DNA of 59,684 bases, counting the filler, from Sluysia triapertura (Eukaryota): NCBI GenBank assembly GCA_046118255.1. It is 5 parts of 5 records of this genome, joined end to end, with 100 filler letters (N's around TTAATTAATTAA, not from the genome) between each part and the next. Parts side by side here need not be neighbours in the genome. Positions count along the whole stretch, not along the records: positions 47,562 to 59,684 come from JBJNIA010137284.1; 4 more parts are not named here. The stretch is one strand, 5' to 3'. The notes beneath the pieces are model-generated. The model had not been told where the DNA came from. It ran no database searches and worked only from the letters and a program-made list of their open reading frames with translations. The translations under genes and the position numbers were made by a program. Shown here one piece after another: positions 53,221 to 59,684 of the stretch. Every line of letters begins with the position of its first letter. The first letter of the stretch is position 1.

Positions 53221-56169
53221 AAATTAAATTAATAATAATAACAATAATAACAACACATAAATCTCTTTAAAATATCTCAACATGAGCTTTCTTTTTGCCT
53301 TTAATATTTTCTTAACATATTTAAATCTTGTGAACTTGAAGGTCTATTACTATTTTGTTATAAAATGATGCGTAAAACGTCTCATTAAATCTCTAAATGC
53401 TCTTTTCTAATCTTAAGTGAATTTCTAAAAGTCACTTAGTTTTTCTCGCTGAAGATGTGCTTGCGTGTAAAAGGTTATGTCTTAAGTGGTTTAAAATAAT
53501 ATGAATATTAAAAATAGATGATAAAGGATGGATAATAATGGATAAATGAATAATAAAAGTGTAGTTTCGTGTATAAAAGGAATTAAATTATAGCCTAAGA
53601 TTTGATACGTTGTAAGAGGTAATTGTGTGACGTTGGAAAGGATATGGTTTTGGTAATGATTGTATTAAACTGTAATTTTGAAGATCTCAAATGCGAGTGC
53701 GACTTTGAAACATATGATTTTGAATGTGTTGACATAAGATTATATAAAAAGAATGTTTTTATTGAATTTTGAAGTATGTAGTGTAAATTTTGAAAATTTT
53801 ATAATTTTGTAATATTTGAAAAAGGATTTTTAACAAAATTTGTAAAATTAATAAGTTGACCACTACATTGTCATGTTACAATTCACTAAGATATTCGATT
53901 GTATTACTTTGTGTATTCTTTGTTCCTTTTCCTGTTTTTCCATAATCTGCTTGATTTGCAAATTAAGTGTACCAGTTTAAATGTTTATTTATTTTGATCT
54001 ATAATATTTAATTTTAGGAGATTTTAAGATGTTTGTTATGAGATTATGGTGCACATTTTTATTTTAAGATTAGTGAGGTGTTTTTTAGATTTATTTAAAA
54101 GTTATTTTATAATAATATTAGTATTTACAATAAAGACCCAAGAAAAATATTGAAAAATATAATTATTTAAATAATTATATATAGTACTATATATAGCAAT
54201 ATATAAATGACTTAAAAAGCTGCTAGTAAACTAATAAAAATGTCAAATTATAAAATTATGACAATTAATTTGAGTATTGTTTTATATTTAAATTGTTTGG
54301 ATTTATTATGAAAGTGATGTCAAATAAAAACAAAAATTGCATCAGTGGAATAAAAGTACTTTAGATAATTTATATAAATCATTAAAACCATAAAACACTT
54401 TCAAATATAATTATGAGATCGATCAAGAAAATTGTACAAGAAATGGTTTGATTTTCAATACAATGAAAATTGTTTCGAGTACTTACTTAATCGAATATAG
54501 AAAATGTGAAGATTAAAATTTACAGTACATAGAGAAGATAAAACAATATTTTACAGGAAAAATGAAATATTCATTCAAAGAAAGCACAGATCAAGAAATT
54601 TCTTTATATTAAACCAAGTTTAAACAAGAACACGCGTTTTTGAGCGTCATATTAAATTTGAAAACAGGTGTTAATCAAGTGGATTTTCATTAGTTGGAAT
54701 TAGTGCATTATTTTAGTATTTATAGTATGAGCTGATTAACTTGGTTTTATATTAAAGTATTCTGAAAGTTAATAGATTCTTATTTTATGAAAGGTTATTA
54801 CCTTATTATTATTATTATTGTTGTTGTTTAGCGCCTACAATTATTTAGGTAATAAAAATAATTTTTGAATCAAATATTTTTTAACACAATAAGTGCTACA
54901 TTAGTGGAATATTGCATATTTCTTATTCTCCATACTAATTATTTAAAAATTATTTTAAATTGTTCATTCTTCCGCGTATTAGTTTGATAAATCATCGTTC
55001 TGGTTTAACATTTGGTATGTTGAATTTACTTAAAACATCACTGAGACATTCTATTTTCTTTCCTTATGTCGAATAAACTTAGATCAAAAGTTTATTGTAA
55101 ATTAAAATATATTTTTGTCTTTTTAGAAGTATACTTCATATAAATTGAATATATTTATTTTCCTTCCTTATTACGGAATTGATTTGAGAATTTTATCAAT
55201 TTCTTTGTTAAATCTTTTGACGTTAATGGCGACAATGATGATTTTGGTATGCTAGATCATTTGATTAGTTTTGGAAAACTTTATATTTCATTATCGAAAC
55301 TATTTTTATAACATTAATCAATCATAAATTTTATTTTATCTCGATAAAATGAATTACATTATTTGATTGGTTGTTAAAAGCGATGATGTAATGGGTTTAA
55401 AAATAATACTTTTCAAAATGCTTTTTATTTCTTAAAGGGTTCTAATACCGAATAACATTTAATATTTTAGACTAAAATTTATATTACAACAAAATAATAT
55501 CAGAAGAAAACTTAATTAATTATACAAAATAAAAGAATTAATTTTGCGTAGTTTATAAAACAATAGTTATTTATAACCATAATATAATTTGTCTAGAGTA
55601 ACAGCGCAAAAGAATTTAAAATACACAAATGTAAGACCATACAAATATTTTAATAACATGAATGCAGGTAATCATAAAAATTTCATAATATAGAAGTAGA
55701 AAAACACAAAATTTTAATAATAAATCAACTTATGTTAATATTAAATGAACTTTCAACAACTAAAAATTTACTTTCACTGTTTCTTTAGGATTAGCATAGT
55801 TTAAAAATTAAAACCACATAAAATAATTGAAAGTAGTTATAGTGGTAGATCTAGATAATTTTAGTTTTACCAGAAACTTAAATGACATAATTAATGCGGA
55901 AACTAATTTGGATTTATTAAGCTCAAACTTATAATTAGCATCACCTGGTCTCTACTACGACTGCATAACCTTTTAAAAGGTATGTTATTTGGTATTGTGT
56001 TTAAATAAAGTACAAAAGGTACTAGAACATACATTGACATAATATATTTAGTTAAATACATGAATTTAAAATATTTATTACGACTAAACATAATTATCGT
56101 CTTTAGGCGATTTAAATTAGTTAACTTTTTAAAATTTAAATCACTAGAACATCTACCATTAGGAAGGTA

Positions 56170-56720
56170 GGTCATTGATAATCTACCAAATCATGATCAG
56201 ACAAGTTCTTAAATTGCACCAGAAACTTCTTTCGGAAATAATTAACAGGTGCGGCCTGACAAACACTTTTATGGTGATACTTTTAAAACATTTGGTGGAA
56301 CAAGGATGGCTTCCGCTGAACCAGACTCTGTACGTACGCATACACTTATGAATCGATGTTGATTATTAGGCAATTTGAAACCAACATTAATTAATTCGTT
56401 ACCAACATAGAGTTGTGCATCTCCAAGACTGGTTTTCATTTCTGGTGTTCTAATTTCATCATCAGTCGCAAGATATAAAAATGATACATATCCATTATTT
56501 ACCATTTCTGTCTTAATTACATCAGTATTATATATCGTCTCATCATCAGAAACAACCGCTTTATTAGTAACTCATATCTTTTCTTTTTTAAAATGTAATA
56601 TTTCGGATACTTTTATCTTGAGGTCCACAACTTTGTTGCTTAAAAAGGCTACTAAGGTAAACTCCTTATTTACACTTGCATCCATATGATGTTTGTCAAG
56701 TACTATAATATTAAAACGAA
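56170..56720 (-). pseudogene. Decayed unknown protein-coding sequence
   Basis: 78-aa ORF (GYVSFLYLATDDE...FKLPNNQHRFISVCVRT) with coding-like flanks. Confidence 0.35.
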
Positions 56721-57089
56721 CATTAGGAATTTGAATATATAAACAAATGTTATTTTCCTAATATTTTCATTACATAATGAAAAAATTAATAAAAATAGTA
56801 AAATAATGAAATAACAAAAGTAATAAGAATAGTAAAATTAATAAAGATGGTAAAAATTATAAAAATAATAGAAAAATAAAGTGATAAAAATAATATGGAT
56901 AGTAATGACAAAAGTGATGAGAATGATGATCAGAGGGAAAGAACTATGATATTGATATGGAAAGTTCGTTCAAAAATTACGATTTCGGTGTAGGGTTTAG
57001 AGTTTGTAGAGTATTTTATGTAAATTACGATGAAGTGGAAAGGTAGGATATGGAATTTTATATATGTTAAGGATGACAAAATTATTATC

Positions 57090-57500
57090 GATAGGCGTGA
57101 CACCACGACCAGTATTTGATATCCCTCGCATCTATGGCCATATCACTTTGGAATATAAGACTTCGTAAGTCGCCTTAGCTCTGTAATGGGCGGTGAAAGT
57201 TTTGAACGTTTTGGTTAATAACTGGACTTGAGATGCCTGATAGTTGATTATCAAAGTAAATTCCGTCGCGTAATATTGGTGTTATACAGAAATGGGAAAT
57301 TTCTTGATTTGTTAGCGCATTATGTTGTAGGTCTTTAGTGGAGAACATTGGTAAGAATTCTATACTGTTAATGCCTACACGAGATAAGGCATCTGCGACC
57401 ACATTTTCCTGTCCAGGAATATATTCAATATTAAAATCTAACTGAGACAGTTAACTGATGTACCATTATTTCCGTGGAGTTGGATTTTTCATTTTAAATG
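57090..57500 (-). mobile_element. Ty3/Gypsy pol fragment (RNase H end to integrase zinc-binding region)
   Basis: LSQLDFNIEYIPGQENVVADALSR, then KATYEVL..KVIWP*MR. Confidence 0.9.
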
Positions 57501-59616
57501 TGTAGCAACGGTTTGTTGCAACATATCAACATTGTTGTAAATGTGTACCGGTTTTAGAGGAGAAGTGATAGTACAGCTAGTAAATTGAATATAATTAAGT
57601 GTCTAGATAAATTTGCCTTATTAATATTGTTAAGATTGTGGTGCCATAGAAATTGTCAATTTCTATCTTATTTTCATTTAATCTTACGTTTTTAAAACTA
57701 ATTACATTAGGATCTATAGGGTTTATTTCAACCCGAATTTCGCATCTTACATTTTAATTTGTCATGACTTTTTAACATACTTTCAATCTTCATTTCTGAT
57801 TTTAGGTGCATCATATTTTTATATGAGGATCAAACTTTTCCTTTAAAAACTAATAACATCTAATAAAATAATATCTTGAACATAAAATTAGCTGACACTT
57901 TTACATCTTCGAGGAAGTTGTAAACATTCTTAGTTTCAAGTAATACATAACTGACCCGTTTGGTGAAATTACATCCGCATAGTGGATAAATATATGACCT
58001 TTAACATTTTCAATACATTTGATAGCATGTTTTGGCTCACCAGAAACCGCCATAAACTTTTCGCACAGCTTTTCTTACAAGGTTATCAGCATAGCATATC
58101 TTAAAAATTCTGCATTCCTAACATAACGCCATATTCACTTTTCGTTGCGACCCACCGAAGGCATCAAATTTGCAATTGTCGATCGAGAAACGGATACATT
58201 GTTTTTTGGTTTTATCCACTTCGATAAACAGGAAATGAATAATAATGATTCACATTATCTGAGTCTATTATTATTATTAATAAAACGCAATTAATAAAAA
58301 TAATCACTTCACGTCGTGCTTCAACATCAGAATTTGTTCGCGCACCAGCTTTTTTATGGCGATTTACATGTCATATTAATATGTACTTTAATTTTATTTG
58401 CCATTAATGTTGCTAGTATTATAAAAATTATATTTTTAATTACATTACACTATTTAATATCATTTTGAATTTTCACGAAAATTTCGCACATCTGATACAT
58501 TGAGTAATATACTGAATTGTGATATAATAATCGATGTAATAATATTATACATCAGTTATACATAACTTGGCAATGCTATTACTGCGTTATTCATCATTAT
58601 TATAATTGTTATTAAAATTTTGATTTTGAACTATTATTCTTTAAATCCTGATTAATTAATTATTTCTCTAAATATTTTTAGTTCTAACACGAACTTACGT
58701 GCAGTGACATTATGTTTGGTTGTAGATATAAGGTATAAGGTGACGGTATATGCAAATGAAGTTATTTGACGATCTTTGCATATTGTTATGATTAAAGATT
58801 TATATTCCTCTTTATTTCTCTATAATTATTAAAATTTTTGCTTTCTGAACCATCTTACATGCGCATCAAATAATAATTTAATTATATCTGAAGTCCAGAA
58901 TATATAAAAGCTGTGACATTATTAAGAAAAATATAATTAAATTGAAAACTTTAGTATGATCTTTGTGTTTACTCTTTAATTTTTCTTATACGATTTTGGT
59001 ATAACTTCACATATTATTTGGTATTTGTGTATTTGATCTGAATATCTGGTGTAAGAATGTTTAATAAGATAATGTTATAATTTGTCAGTATTAAAGTATA
59101 TGGTGCTTAGTGCATAAGGATTTAGATATAATATATGTATATATATTTAATAAGATTAGTATATAATCTTTTATAATTAGTTTATATAATGTTTTCCACA
59201 CCTCTTAAAAAGAGATATCAAAAAATAATTACAAATAAATTACGTAAAATTTACAATCGGTTAAAAACGAATAAAAACGGTTTTTATTAACTAATTATTG
59301 AAGGTGCAAGATCGAAAAAATCGAAATCATGCGAGTTGATTGATATCTCTAAAAACTTGAACGAATGAACGTATTAAAACTTATGTAGTAAATTTTGTTA
59401 ATCGAAGAGTGTTGGATCAATAACGTTTAAATGGTATTCTGAATTGTGCAATAGATTTTGTGTGATAGCTTTGCGAGATTTTTGTAAATGTTTCGTGTTT
59501 ATTTATACATTTTTATGTAAAATGACCTATTAAAAATGATTTATTAAAATAAAGAAATTTTAGAAACAAATTAAATAATATTGATAAGGATTTTAATAAT
59601 AATAACGTTAATAAAA

Positions 59617-59620
<4 letters not shown>

Positions 59621-59684
<64 letters not shown>
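59621..59684. repeat. (AAT)n microsatellite at window end
   Basis: Pure run. Confidence 0.95.

Noticed and set aside
59621-59684. Telomeric repeat
   Set aside because: The same AAT/TTA runs occur internally (16577-16645). It is a simple microsatellite at an assembly break.
1-59684. CRISPR array, rRNA genes or prokaryotic operons
   Set aside because: No regularly spaced repeats or rRNA-like sequence were seen, and spliceosomal introns indicate a eukaryote.

Overview
Very AT-rich eukaryotic (metazoan) DNA with very short GT-AG introns (34-43 nt). It resembles a compact, derived invertebrate genome; the taxon cannot be fixed from sequence alone. The window is five contigs of 11.2-12.2 kb joined by identical 100-nt N/TTAATTAATTAA linkers, so adjacency across the gaps is probably artificial. 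Only one host gene looks intact (class I eIF4E). There are also three exons of a Slo1/BK-type K+ channel, a TCTP pseudogene and a disrupted rhodopsin-class GPCR. The rest is largely decayed mobile DNA. Contig 1 holds a degenerate Polinton/Maverick (adintovirus-like) gene cluster, with a TBP-like gene on one side and a possible envelope-like ORF on the other. Gypsy fragments, hAT and piggyBac MITEs and several LTR-like repeat families are scattered throughout. The best-supported discovery is a family of ~150-nt LTRs built around a tRNA-like Pol III unit: three solo copies have perfect 4-bp TSDs, and one ~340-bp two-LTR TRIM has a PBS (Helenus-like). All protein calls come from manual translation and motif recognition; no searches were run.
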